A stretch of DNA of 64,000 bases from Octopus vulgaris (GCA_951406725.2 OX597824.1:17794001-17858000); one strand, 5' to 3'; shown: positions 13,771 through 27,533, counted from the stretch's first letter. The notes: generated by a model not told the origin, from the letters alone. Numbers and translations: made by a program.

Positions 13771-14249
13771 CTATGCAATGCCAATAATATAGCACCGCAA
13801 GGTCCTTATATTGCAAGAGTTTACAGACAGAACATATAGACGCAGAACTCATGTTTTCAATAACGTTGCGCCATCAAATCTATCGTGATTGGTCGATTGC
13901 GAGGAAATCTTTTATTGGTTTGTTAGCTACTTGTGATATGACGGTGGAAACTTTGCTTGAAAATACGAGATGATTTTTCGCTATCAGTAATCTGTATTGA
14001 GTGATTGGTTCACTTAGTCTCTCGCGTTACTTAAAGTAACAGCTTCTCGGGCATGCAAAGATTCTATATGTCCGTGGAGCCTGTATTCTTTCTTTCGAAT
14101 CCTCGAAATTTTAAAGGACCATGAGGAGCTAATTGAACCTGTTACTTCATAAATACAACTCTAAATATATGTGTTGAGTACTACTTCTGTCCATCTATTC
14201 ACTCACTCGTAGATGCACATATGCACACACACGTACACACACACAGAGT

Positions 14250-14415
14250 CACTACACGCATTTTTCTCTGCATTTCTTTCTGTGTCCCTTTCTGTAGAAG
14301 AGCGTAGGCTCGAAACGTAAAAGGCTTTTTCTCTTCCAGAGTTTTATACTAATACATATGTTTGTTTTGTAAACCACTTGTCTTCGTCTTTTGTTTTTTT
14401 CGTGAACTCTCCTTA
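14250..14415 (+). mobile_element. family P repeat with minimal HHR-like motif at 14287-14324
   Basis: ccttt-CTGTAGA-a-gagc gtag gctc-GAAA-cg-ta-aaagg. Confidence 0.7.
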
Positions 14416-14419
14416 TATA

Positions 14420-15088
14420 TAAGGTAAAGACCCCCTTCGGTCATGAGTGACCATGGGTTTGCACCGAGAGAGTTACCCTCTGAGGCACAAGTCTGGGCAA
14501 GGTTGTTTTTTATGGAAGACCAGTAGTCGCCCACGCATACCGGCCTCCCCTCTCCACGCCGCCAGTGTTATCCAAGGGAAAGACAAAGGTCGATACAGCT
14601 TGGCACCTGTGACGTCGCAACTCATTTCTACAGCTGAGTGAACTGGAGCAACGTGAAATAAAGTGTCTTGCTCAAGAACACATATATATATATATATATA
14701 TGTATATATTTATATGCTGAGGCTTCCTTCGGTCATGAATGACCGTGGGATGATTGCACCTAGAAAGTTACCCTCCCAGGCACAAGTCCGGGCAAAATTG
14801 TTTATGGAAGGCCAGCAGTCGCCCATGTATACCAGCCTCCCCTCACCACACCACTGATGTTATCCAAGGGAAAGGAAAAAGGGCCGATTCAGCTTGGCAC
14901 CTGTGACGTCGCAACTCATTTCTACAGCTGAGTGAACTGGAGGAACGTGAAATAAAGTGTCTTGCTCAAGAACACAATACGCTGCCTGGTCCGGGATTCG
15001 AACTCACAACCTCACAATCGTAAGCTCGACGCTCTAACTACTGAGCCATGCCCTATCACACACACACACACATATATATATATATGTA

Positions 15089-15163
<75 letters not shown>

Positions 15164-15409
15164 TCATACCAGCCGCCCATGCATACCAGCCTCCCCTCTC
15201 CACGCCACCAGTGTTACCCAAGGGAAAGGCAGAAGCCGATACAGCTTAGCACCTGTGACGTCACAACTCATTTCTATAGCTGAGTGAACTGGAGCAACGT
15301 GAAATAAAGTGTCTTGCTCAAGAACACAACACGCAGCCCAGTCCGGAATTCGAACTCACAACCTCACGGTCGTAAGCTCGGCGTTGTAACCACTGTGCCA
15401 TGCGCCTTC

Positions 15410-15410
<1 letters not shown>
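14420..15410 (-). mobile_element. three clustered copies of tRNA-headed SINE family C
   Basis: Units at about 14420-14682, 14720-15053 and 15165-15410 share agcttggcacctgtgacgtcgcaactcatttctacagctgagtgaactggag...gtcttgctcaagaacac. Minus-strand head tggctcagtagttagagcg...gagttcgaatcc. Confidence 0.8.
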
Positions 15411-15440
<30 letters not shown>

Positions 15441-15447
15441 TATATAT

Positions 15448-15842
15448 GCTCTTTTACTCTTTTATTTGTTTCAGTCATTTGATTGCGGCCATGCTGGAGC
15501 ACCACCTTTAATTGAGCAACTCGACCTCGGGACTTATTCTTTTGTAAGCCCAGTACTTATTCTATCGGTCTCTTTTACCGAACCGCTAAGTAACGGGGAC
15601 ATAAACACACCAGCATCAGTTGTCAAGCAATGCTAAGGGGACAAACACGCAAACACACACACGCATATACATACATATATTCGACGGGCTTCTTTCAGTT
15701 TCCGTCTACCAAATCCACTCACAAGGCTTTGGTCGGCCCGAGGCTATAGTAGAAGACACTTGCCCAAGGTGCCGCACAGTGGGACTGAACCCGAAATCGT
15801 GTGGTTGGTAAGCAAGCTACTTACCACACAACCACTCCTACG
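15448..15842 (-). mobile_element. SINE family B
   Basis: Full-length family B sequence. Confidence 0.85.
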
Positions 15843-16678
15843 TGCACATACATACATATTGGCATAGGTACGTACGTATTTATGTGTAAGCATATATGCA
15901 TGAAAGACTATGAGTCTGATACTACCAACTACCCTCGATTACCGCCACACGTTTAACACTTAATATGGATTAGTGCAGCATGAGATTAAATGCGTACAAG
16001 GACGTCTCTTTTTCTCTCTGTGTGTGTACGTGTGTATACGCACGTGTTTGTGTGAGTGTGTATATTTGTGCACGCTCACATATGTATCAATAAAACATCC
16101 ACCGATGACGATGACGGCGGCGGTGGCGGCGATGCGGATCACGACGAAGGAGAGAAAAGAGAGAGAAAACATGGCGGCGAAGGGTTGCGCGGGGGAAGGA
16201 AGTAAAAGACAGACAAAACGTACCATTCGACCCTTCCTCCCCTACACCAACTTACACTCACAACAACAACAACAACAACAAGAACTACAACAACAACAAC
16301 AAGAACAGTAACAACAATAATGGCAACCACTAGAGAACTAATATTGGTGTCTTGCTATCATCGGAAACATCCTATTGCTAACATCATATTCATGAGTTTT
16401 GCAGAGATAACACAAAGAATTCGTTGAAAGATTACGAATATTTGATATTTGCGTCAAGAGCTATGCAAATTGAATTTCATTATTCCTTGCACCTGCATGG
16501 TGGAATTTTTAATATTATTTTATCTTAAGGTTTCTTGCTTATTTATTTATTGTGTATTTATTTCATTATATTTTGTTTATATATATATATATTTTTCACT
16601 TTTGTTTATTTTTCATTTTATTTTTTTTTCTGTTCCACTGTACTTGTTATTGCCATTGTTGTTTTTGCTGTTTTACGT

Positions 16679-16714
<36 letters not shown>

Positions 16715-16734
16715 TTTTTATGTGTGGTTATATG

Positions 16735-16823
<89 letters not shown>

Positions 16824-17084
16824 GTATATGTATATATATGTACATGTATATAAATGTGTGTGTGTATGGTGCTGCGTGAGTGTATTGTTGTGTATGTATG
16901 TGCGAAGAACTAATTATATTTAATATTCATTTTGATTTCTACTTTGAGAAGTTTTTCACATCTACATTTTATTTTTCATACATTTAGAAAATCATCTTAT
17001 TATCAGAAAATCATCTTGTTTTCTCTTTCTATCCTCCTTTATTTTTTCCTTCCAATTTCCCTTTCCTCCTACTCCTCCTCCTTC

Positions 17085-17274
17085 TTATTTTTGTTGCTGC
17101 TGTTCTTCTTCTTCTTCTTCTTCTTCTTCTTCATCTTCTTTTTCTTCTTCTTCATCTTCTTTTTCTTCTTCTTCATCTTCTTTTTCTTCTTCTTCTTCTT
17201 CTTCTTCTTCTTCTTTGTTTCTCTCACACACACCATCTCCTTCTTCCTTTCCTCCTTTATTCCTCTTATTATTA

Positions 17275-17326
<52 letters not shown>

Positions 17327-17415
17327 CATTATTATTATTATTATTGTCATTATTATCATCATTATTCGTTACTTGCCTCCTCATCCTCTTCCTCCTCTTC
17401 CTCCTCCTCCTCGTC
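17085..17415. repeat. (TTC)n/(TTA)n/(CCT)n low-complexity tract
   Basis: Direct reading. Confidence 0.9.
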
Positions 17416-18472
17416 GTTTTCTTTTTCTTCTTGGACTTCTCTCTCCTTTGTTCTCATACATTATTGTTAGTTATATACATTTTTTTATTATTTTTTTTTC
17501 TCATCCATCTGTGTATTTACACGTGTAGGTATGATTAACAACATTTCGTGTTTACTTTGTTTGCCATCTATAATGCACATATAGCCATAATGTATGCATA
17601 TAGACGCTGTCAATATTAGTACACACACACACTCACACACATACGTACACACATACGTACACACACATACTCGTACACAAATGCACACCTATTACTCTAC
17701 CTTATTTATTTTCAACGTTGTCTCTATAAAATATTGAGTTCAGATCTTTGCCATAACTATTGGCATGAATCCACTTAAACTATTTTATTTCATTGTCGAT
17801 AAGTGTGTTTTATAGTAACTTTTTCCTATGCTATTTTTCCGTTGTCTTTGTATATATATTAATGATACTTTTTCCGCCATTTTAGTACTATATATTTTAT
17901 ACATATTATCATTATTTTCGTTTTTTTGTTCTTCTTTTACTCACTTTTTTCCAATAATATTCACTTTACTGCGATTGTACTAAGTTTCCCTAGTTACAGT
18001 CTACCATATTTCCGGAAGCTCATTTCTGTGTTTGCTTTTATCTCTTTCGCTCTATTGTTTTGGTGCTTCTGTTAATGTACTAATAGCTTAGTTCTCCAAA
18101 CACACGCACTCGACAATGATACGAGCGTAGGAAGCAAAACTCTTTGCTGTAATACATGTATATTATCATTTCTTGTACACAAACACATTTCTTCTGAATG
18201 AGAGTGAAATATGGAAGAGAATGTTTATATGGACGTGTGAGTACACGTGTGTGTATGCATCTGAGTGTGTGTGTGTGATGGACAGCCAAGCTGATATACA
18301 TATAGTCGGAAGCATTGTTATGAGGCGTTGTATAAAATTTTGTTATGAGGTGTTGTCTGAAATTATGCTCTACTTATATACAATCAAAACTCGTATTTTG
18401 CTCCTCACGTCCTCAGGCATAAAAATTGCAATAAAATTTTCTCTCTTACTCTCTCTCACACACACACACACA

Positions 18473-18535
<63 letters not shown>

Positions 18536-18603
18536 CTTAAGCTTTTCGCCTGGTGTGCTAACATTTCTGCCAGTTTGTTGCCTCTTTTCTCTCTCTCTCT
18601 CTC

Positions 18604-18637
<34 letters not shown>

Positions 18638-18711
18638 CCTTAAATCCTTAAAATGTTTAAGCCCGAAGGCCGCGGCCATGCTGGGGCACCACCGCTGAAA
18701 TATATATATAT

Positions 18712-19123
18712 TTCTTTTACTCTTTTACTTGTTTCAGTCATTTGACTGCGGCCATGCTGGAGCACCGCCTTTAGTCTAGGAAATCGACTCCAGGACTTAT
18801 TCTTTGTACGCCTAGTACTTATTATATCGCTCTCTTATGCTGAACCGCTAAGTTTCGGGGACGTGATCACACCACCATCGGTTGTCAAGCGATGTCCGGG
18901 GGACAAACACAGACACACAAACATATACACACACATACATATATATATATACATATATACGACGGGCTTCTTTCTGTTTCCGTCTACCAAATCCACTCAC
19001 AAGGCTTTGGTCGGCCCGAGGCTATAGTAGAAGACACTTTCCCAAGATGCCACGCAGTGGGACTGAACCCGGAACTATGTGATTGGTAAGCAAGCTACTT
19101 ACCACACAGTCACTCCTGCGCCT
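18712..19123 (-). mobile_element. SINE family B
   Basis: Full-length family B sequence. Confidence 0.85.
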
Positions 19124-19134
19124 ATATATATATA

Positions 19135-19358
19135 CAGTAATCCCTCGACTATCGTGGGTGTTACGTTCCAAAACCATTCTGCGTTAGGTGAAAGTCCGCG
19201 TAGTAGAAACAGTACTGTACTGTATATTCTTTTCGATTATTCTTATAATTTGTATATATTTATTTTATTATAAATGCAAAACAAAGCCACAGAGTAATCG
19301 ACGTAAGCTTAAGTAATAAACCGTGATAGGTGAATCGCGATATGGTGAGGGATTACTG
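19135..19358. mobile_element. Tc1/pogo (Tigger)-like MITE
   Basis: TIRs cagtaatccctc... / ...gagggattactg, flanked by TA on both sides. Confidence 0.8.
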
Positions 19359-19466
19359 TATACTTGTATATATACATATACACCTATAAACACTCATATA
19401 TGCAAATGCATTCCAATATATGCACTTACATACATTCACACATATATGCATACACACACATATATA

Positions 19467-19546
<80 letters not shown>

Positions 19547-20074
19547 AAAATATATTTGCAAATACATTTTTTATACGAATTAAATTCAAACAAAAAAAAT
19601 TTGATACAAAAAATCCGTTATTCATAATCATGTTCATAATTATAAAAACTTATAAAATACGCTTAGTAAATGTCTTAACTTTAACAAATTTCTAACTTTA
19701 AAAAACAAGATAAGAGATTTTTTAAAAAAATTAGTAGATCCTGAATGTTTAATTTTTGGAACATAGACATCTTGTTTAAGATCGTTGTTTAAAATTGTTT
19801 TATAAAAAGGAAAACGAAAATATATTGAAATACTTTGATTTGTATGGGGTTGGCTCAGGTAGTCCATGTTCAAACAAATGTGTGCAGAATAGAATTTAAT
19901 ATATATATATATATATGTATCTAAAAACATGAACTGTAATATATTAATATAATGCTCGCTTCTTATTTCTTATTGAATTTATATAGGTTTCATAATGGGG
20001 AAGAAATTGTATAACATTGCGCAGAGGGTAAGTAACTTATATGTATTATTATAAGCACATTTATGACATCAAAA

Positions 20075-20870
20075 TGGCAGAAATGTTAGCATACTGGGCG
20101 AAATGGTTAGGGATATATCGTTTGCCGCTAAGTTCTGAGTTCAAATTCAGCCGAGATCGCTTTTGCCATTCATGTTTTCGGTGTTGATAAAATAAGTACC
20201 AGTTACGCACTGGGGCCGATATAATCGACTTAATCCTTTTGTCGGTCCTTGTTTGTCCCCTCTGTGTTTAGCCCCTTGTGGGTAGTAAAGAAATAGGTAT
20301 TTCGTCCGCCGTTACGTTCTGAGTTGAAATTCCTGCAAGGTCGCTTATGTTTTCGGTCTTGATAAAATAAGTACCAGTTACGCACTGGGGCCGATATAAT
20401 CGACTTAATCCTTTTGTCGGTCCTTGTTTGTCCCCTCTGTGTTTAGCCCCTTGTGGGTAGTAAAGAAATAAGTATTTCGTCCGCCGTTACGTTCTGAGTT
20501 GAAATTCCTCCAAGGTCGCTTTTGCTTTCATGTTTTCGGTGTCGATAAAATAAATACCAGTGGAGCCCTTGGGTCGATGTAATCGATTAATTCCCTCCGC
20601 TTAAACTGCTATCCTTGTGTCAAATTTTCAAACTATTATTATAAAGAGATCTAAAGCCGCAGATGACCGAATCGTTTGCACGCCGGATAAATGCCTTGGG
20701 ACATTTCGTCCGTTTTTACGTTTTGACCTCAAATTCCGCCAAGGTTGAGTTTGATTTTTCTATCCTTTCAAGGTCGATATAATACAACTAGTTAAGTACT
20801 GGGGTCGATGTAATTGATTAGTTTCTCCTCCTCAAATTCTGCTGGCACTGAGTCAAAATTTGAACCGAAT
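20075..20870 (+). mobile_element. SINE A tandem array plus an adjacent degenerate copy
   Basis: Head followed by repeated units ending gtaaagaaatag|gtatttcgtc; second head near 20660. Confidence 0.8.
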
Positions 20871-22303
20871 GTTATTAACAAATTTGCATTCTTAGAAAGT
20901 TCAGCCCTATGAACATCTAGTTCTCCGCTCACTGCTCCTGAAAGTGGTAGTATAGCGTCCTCAGGTACCTTCTACATAGTGTCGTATCAGAAGCAATCTT
21001 CATTTCAGTTTCCGGCTGGATTCCTAAGCGCAACCAAATGAGACGATGACCAAATGAGACGATTATCCAATTATCTTATTCTTGGCCTAACATTAGGATT
21101 GCTGTCGGTTGGTATTTGGTAACTCAAAAACATACAAACATACATATACACATACGTGCCACTATTTGAGCGAATAAAAATAAGGAAAAAGAGGATTTCT
21201 TTGTTAAATTTAGTACTAATTTTGGCAATTTTCCGACGATTGACCATGCAAATAAAAGTTCTAAACACGGGCTACATGCAGCTGCAAATTTCTTTCAGAA
21301 AAAGCGAAAACTATAAGCAATAAAAAATAAAAGGCAAAAATACGTAAAAATGAAAAGTTTTTTTTCCAACTTCAAAAATCTTGCCTTAATTTTCAAGATT
21401 TCGAGCACATTTTCCGCGCTTGACATCGAAGAAAATTTTGCTGCTTGATGTCGCAGTTCAAGCGGTAACAAGAGATTCTACGTTGCCTTGTCTATGTAAA
21501 TATATTCAGTGTTCATTCTATAACTGTCATATTAATGGTTAATTAATCATAACACTCCACTGATGACCGTAATAAATAATTAGAGTTTAATATACCATGA
21601 ACAATGTTTAGTTATATATTTTTTTCTAATCCTACATTTTTCCTGGCCTATCAATGCACATCAAAATTATCTTTTTGTCCACGCTCTCTAAAAAATTTTT
21701 GGTCATTATATCCGCCATTTTCCTAAAGATTCACGTTTCTTTTCTCTATCATCAATTTTTTTTTATCTCTCCTTATCTGTTTTTGCTTCCATACCACTAA
21801 TATTTTTCGTACACTTCTTTATTTTTCGCCATTCTCACCAATATCTTTCCATTTTTATCTTTCTTTATAACTTTCTATTTCCTTTACTCTTTTGGTTTAA
21901 GTATTTTCTTTTTTATACTTAAGACATATATCTGCCTTCAATATATATTTTCCGTATATTTTATATGTTATTCTTATATTCCATATTTGACATAATTTTT
22001 ATATCGTTCTCCCATTTACTTTTTAAACATTTCGATAATAATACCGTAGTTCAGTTTTCGGTATACCAGTTTACTATCACTTTCGATTCTGCAAAGCAAT
22101 CTTGTGACACCTGTGGGCATTGTTATGTCTTAAATGTTCTTTATAAATTGTTTTTATTTATTTTGTTTTCAATGTTGTTCAGCAATTGCTAGGAATTTCT
22201 TTACAGAACGAGACGCAGCTCAGAAAAAGATCAATAAAATTGTGTGTGTACATGTATACACACACACACACACATATATATATATTGTTAGATAGATAGA
22301 ATG

Positions 22304-22347
<44 letters not shown>

Positions 22348-22458
22348 ATGTATGTATTACATATATACATACATACACACATATATATATATATATATAT
22401 ATTACATACACACACAGACACAGATATATATATATATATCTGTGTCTGTGCGTGTATG

Positions 22459-22528
<70 letters not shown>

Positions 22529-22999
22529 TCTATATATATACTACACACGGAAGGGGAGCTGGAGAGAATGAGACACAGACACACAAACACACAAACACAC
22601 AAACATACATATATATGCATATCTATCTATATGTATGTATAAACGTATGTATGTATATGCCGGTGATAAAGAAATGACCGAGAAATGGAGTAAAAATATT
22701 TGATGCAAGTTTATGAGTAAAATTACGAGTAAAGATTGCTTAATAAAAACGCAACTCATGGATTGTCATAAAAGGGTATCTGGTAAAAATATTTGATGAG
22801 AAATGGTAGACAATTTTTAGCGTGACAAAAAGTGTTACTTTATTTGCCTTCCCTAAACATATCGAAACAGTAAAATAGTTCACAAGTATATGAAGTAGAA
22901 CTATTTGTACAGGTAAACCCGTCAACAGTTACCTCCACCATCACCATGGCCACTGTCAAATGATTGAAAGAAGTAAAATAATTAAAGACATAGAATACA

Positions 23000-23230
23000 T
23001 ATTTCTTTACTACCCACAAGGGGCTAAACACAGAGAGGACAAACAAGGACAGACAAACGGATTAAGTCGGTTATATCGACCCCAGTGCGTAACTGGTACT
23101 TAATTTATCGACCCCGAAAGGATGAAAGGCAAAGTCGACCTCGGCGGAATTTGAACTCACAACGTAACGATAGACGAAATACGGCTACGTATTTCGCCCG
23201 GCGTGTTAACGATTCTGCCAGCTCGCCGCC
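23000..23230 (-). mobile_element. full-length monomeric SINE A with 17-bp TSD
   Basis: taaagacatagaataca at 22983-22999 and 23231-23247. A second copy follows at about 23270-23470. Confidence 0.85.
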
Positions 23231-24084
23231 TAAAGACATAGAATACAGCAATCCTTCGACATTCGCTACGTACAGAGGGGACAAACAAGGACAAACAAAC
23301 GGATTAAGTCGATTACATCGAACCCAGTGCGTAACTGGTACTTATTTAATCGACCCCGAAACGATGAAAGGCAAAGTCGACCTCGACGGAATTTGAACTC
23401 AGAACGTAGCGGCAGACGAAATACCGCTAAACATTTCGCCCGGCGTGCTAACGTTTCTGCCAGCTCGGCGCCTTTCTTTCAGTTTCTCTTCACCAAATCC
23501 ACACACAAGGCTTTGGTCAGCCCGAAGCTATCATCATCATCATTGTTCGACCGTGGTCGAGACTTTCATAGTCTTTTCAAATGGCTAATAATGTGTGCGC
23601 GCGCCACTTCTACACACATTGGAAAGCATTGTACAACCAAGTACTAAAGAAGATCTTTCATCCTCCATGAAACAAAGCTGTTCCCGCTGGACGTCAACCC
23701 AGTATTTCTAAGCTACGGACCCAGTGATTTATTGTAAGGTTATCTCCGAAGCTATAGTAGAATGCACTTGCCTAAAGGTGCTACGCAGTGGGACTGAACC
23801 TGGAACAATGTGGTTGGGAAGCAAGATTCTTACCACTATATGTATATCTATTCTTTAATGTATAAAAAGAAGAGCCGTTGGAAAACCGATTATAGCATCG
23901 ACTCCATCTAAGAATATCTGAAGAAGGAATTTTATTCCGAAATATCATCAGACTATGGATAACTAAATTACAACAGTCATTATAGTCCATTTTTTGTATT
24001 ATAGTGCATTGTTGTACCATTCAAAACTTTTAATTCTTTGCAAACAATACACAATGCTTCAAGCGAACTACAATACTCTCCCAT

Positions 24085-24289
24085 TCTTTTAACTTGTTTC
24101 AATCATTTCACTGCAGCCATATTGGAACGATCTCAAAACTTATTTCTTAAAGCGTAGTACTTAATCTATCGGTCATTTCGACCGAAACCCTAAGTTATGG
24201 GGACGTAAACACACTAGCACCGGTTGTCAAACAGTGATGCAGGGGGCAACCACAGAAACAAAAATACACACACACACACAGATACATAC

Positions 24290-24328
<39 letters not shown>

Positions 24329-24458
24329 ACAGGCTTCTTTCAGTTTCCGTCGAGGAAATTCACTCACAAGGTGCTCAAGGTGCCATGCAGTATGACTGAA
24401 CCTGGAACCATGTGGTAGGGAAGCTAGCTCCATACCACACAGACACTCCTGCACCTAT
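24085..24458 (-). mobile_element. degenerate SINE family B
   Basis: Diverged family B motifs. Confidence 0.7.
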
Positions 24459-24488
24459 ATGATTGCGTATGTTTATACACACACAGAC

Positions 24489-24782
<294 letters not shown>

Positions 24783-25283
24783 TGCATGTGTGTGTTTGTG
24801 CGTATATATGTGTGCATGTACGATTGTGTATGTATATTGGTGTGTATGTGTGTCTCTCTGCAAAAAAAATATGCATGCCAGTGAAATCAAATTGCGTTTA
24901 ATATGGAAGAAATAGCAGAAGTCCCTTGTGCGAAAATTCTATAAAATACAACTCAGTTTACTTGGAAATTCCGTTAACGTATCTAATATTTTATCTTTTA
25001 ATTTACACACCGTTTAAGAATAATGTCCTTAATTGTAAAATATTCTTGCTTCTATTCTGCTAGGGATTTTTCCATCCCTACCTCAACACTTCTCACACAT
25101 CTCTCTGCCTAAATTAAATATGCATCATGCTACCCTGATTCATATTGATGTACCCGTTCTTTATTTTCTTTATTTTTCTTTTTGTCGAGTTCAATTCGAA
25201 TTCACATTTTTTTCTCATTGTTTCTCAATGTTACTTTTCACTTACCGTCTCTTTCTTTTGTTCCTCCCCACCTCTCTCACTCA

Positions 25284-25348
<65 letters not shown>

Positions 25349-25412
25349 TTCGTCATGCTCTGCTCCTTTTACAATTAATCTCATCGTATACATACATACA
25401 TACATACATACA

Positions 25413-25443
<31 letters not shown>

Positions 25444-25735
25444 GTACCTACATATGTACATACGTACATTAGGCTTCTCAAAACCAGAAAAGAGAAAGCT
25501 AATTCCAAGACTATAGATCCAGTCCATCACTGGAACTGTAAAAATCTGTAAAACTTATCGGAAATTTAGCACTTAAATACATATAAAGTAACTTGCTTAC
25601 GAACTATATGGCTCCGGGTTCATTCCCAGTGCGTTGCATTTTGGGCAAGTGTCTTCTACTATAGTCTCGGGCCGACCGAAGCCTTGTGAGTGGATTTGGT
25701 AGACGGAAACTGAAAGAAGCCCTCGTTTATATGTA

Positions 25736-25822
<87 letters not shown>

Positions 25823-25893
25823 CAATATAGGGTGGCAAAAAAAAATTTTGTAGAATTCATTTGCCACCGAAAATATCTGTTCCGTCTTGGGCT

Positions 25894-26000
25894 ATTTCTT
25901 ACTGAAGAATCTGAGGGCCTGTGGAAGATTGGCTTGATTTAATTTAATCAGGTTAGTTTACCATTAATCAGCAGATGAAACGGTATATCGTATAAGAAAT
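25894..26000 (+). ncRNA. type I hammerhead ribozyme (copy 1)
   Basis: Stem I atttctta/taagaaat; CTGAAGA (25902-25908); long stem II closed by atctg/cagat; GAAA (25977-25980); stem III acgg-tata-tcgt; GUA cleavage after 25992. Confidence 0.85.
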
Positions 26001-26386
26001 TACAGGGTAAATGTTTTTTAAATTTTCTCCTGGTTTACTGAATTAACTTTTATTTGCGGTTGAAGCTTTGGCTGTTATTTCTAGTGGGTGAATGGCCTAT
26101 TATGGCCGTTCCTTTATTGTTGATGTTGAACTTAAAAATGGTCTGTGACTATTTTAATTTTTTCCTACTAGGCCGCTGGTGGCAAATGAATTCTACAAAA
26201 TTTTTTTTGCCACCCTATATTGATTAATTATGAATTTTCTGGTTAATTCCGTAATGGAATCGACGGCTTATATTTATTTGCTGCCGATAAATTTGGCGCG
26301 AGTGCGACGATTTGAAAATTTTAGGTCAGATATTAACTTGGCAACGTCGGAAATGCCTCGTGAAAATATCTGTTCCGTCTTGGGCT

Positions 26387-26493
26387 ATTTCTTACTGAAG
26401 AATCTGAGGGCCTGTGGAAGATTGGCTTGATTTAATTTAATCAGGTTAGTTTACCATTAATCAGCAGATGAAACGGTATATCGTATAAGAAAT
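26387..26493 (+). ncRNA. type I hammerhead ribozyme (copy 2)
   Basis: Same fold as copy 1; CTGAAGA 26395-26401, GAAA 26470-26473, GUA cleavage after 26485. Confidence 0.85.
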
Positions 26494-26773
26494 TACAGGG
26501 TAAATGTTTTTTAAATTTTCTCCTGGTTTACTGAATTAACTTTTATTTGCGGTTGAAGCTTTGGCTGTTATTTCTAGTGGGTGAATGGCCTATTATGGCC
26601 GTTCCTTTATTGTTGATATATATATATATAAATATATATTTATATATAAATTTAAACTTAGATAAACTTAGATATGTTTCGACCAAAGATTGGTCCAGGC
26701 CATATCTAACTTAATAGCACCACCTGATAGGATTATTCGAATCCTGTTTAAGTCAAGTTTTGCATATATATAT

Positions 26774-26931
<158 letters not shown>

Positions 26932-27174
26932 GTGTGTATATGTTTGTGTGTTTACGTCCCCGTAACTTAGCGGTTCGGCAAAGGAGTCAGATAGAATAAG
27001 TACTAGACTTCCAAGGAATAAGTCCTGGGGTCGATTTGGTTTGACTAAAGGCCGTGCTCCAGCATGGCCGCAGCAGTCAAATGACAGAATTTAGTAATCG
27101 AGCCAAAAGAATAAAAGAGTATGCACAGATACGTATATTCACACAGATATGTATGTGTGTGTGTGTGTGTTCGT

Positions 27175-27243
<69 letters not shown>

Positions 27244-27483
27244 CGTATATATTTTCAATCTTGATCTCAGTCATTTATTTTCTCCTGCTCGCTCGCCCTG
27301 CCTTTCAATCTAATTTGGATTCATTTCTATATTTATGTTCCTAACGCACTGACACTCTTTGTCGCCCTCTTTTCTCTATATAATGCCCTTCTGTACCTAT
27401 TTAACCTCCTCTCTCTCACCCCATCACCTCTTTATCTCATCACCTTTCTTCCCTATATTGTAAACTCTGTTGATTCTTCTACA

Positions 27484-27533
<50 letters not shown>

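Larger units (their letters stand above)
25819..26617 (+). mobile_element. non-autonomous Penelope-like / retrozyme-like element with two 256-bp direct repeats and an inverted 5' segment
   Basis: Direct repeats 25869-26124 and 26362-26617 look identical by eye. 25819-25868 is the reverse complement of 26178-26226. Each repeat holds a hammerhead. Flanked by (TA)n. Confidence 0.8.

Noticed and set aside
14990-15053. tRNA-like sequences (also 34050-34124 and SINE A/B heads)
   Set aside because: They are SINE heads continuous with SINE bodies, with no complete cloverleaf acceptor stem.
16338-16392. Possible pre-miRNA hairpin
   Set aside because: Only the outer bases pair and it matches no conserved miRNA I recognise.
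20075-20640. Repeat arrays superficially like CRISPR
   Set aside because: Units are ~170-180-bp SINE segments without unique spacers, in a eukaryotic context with no cas genes.
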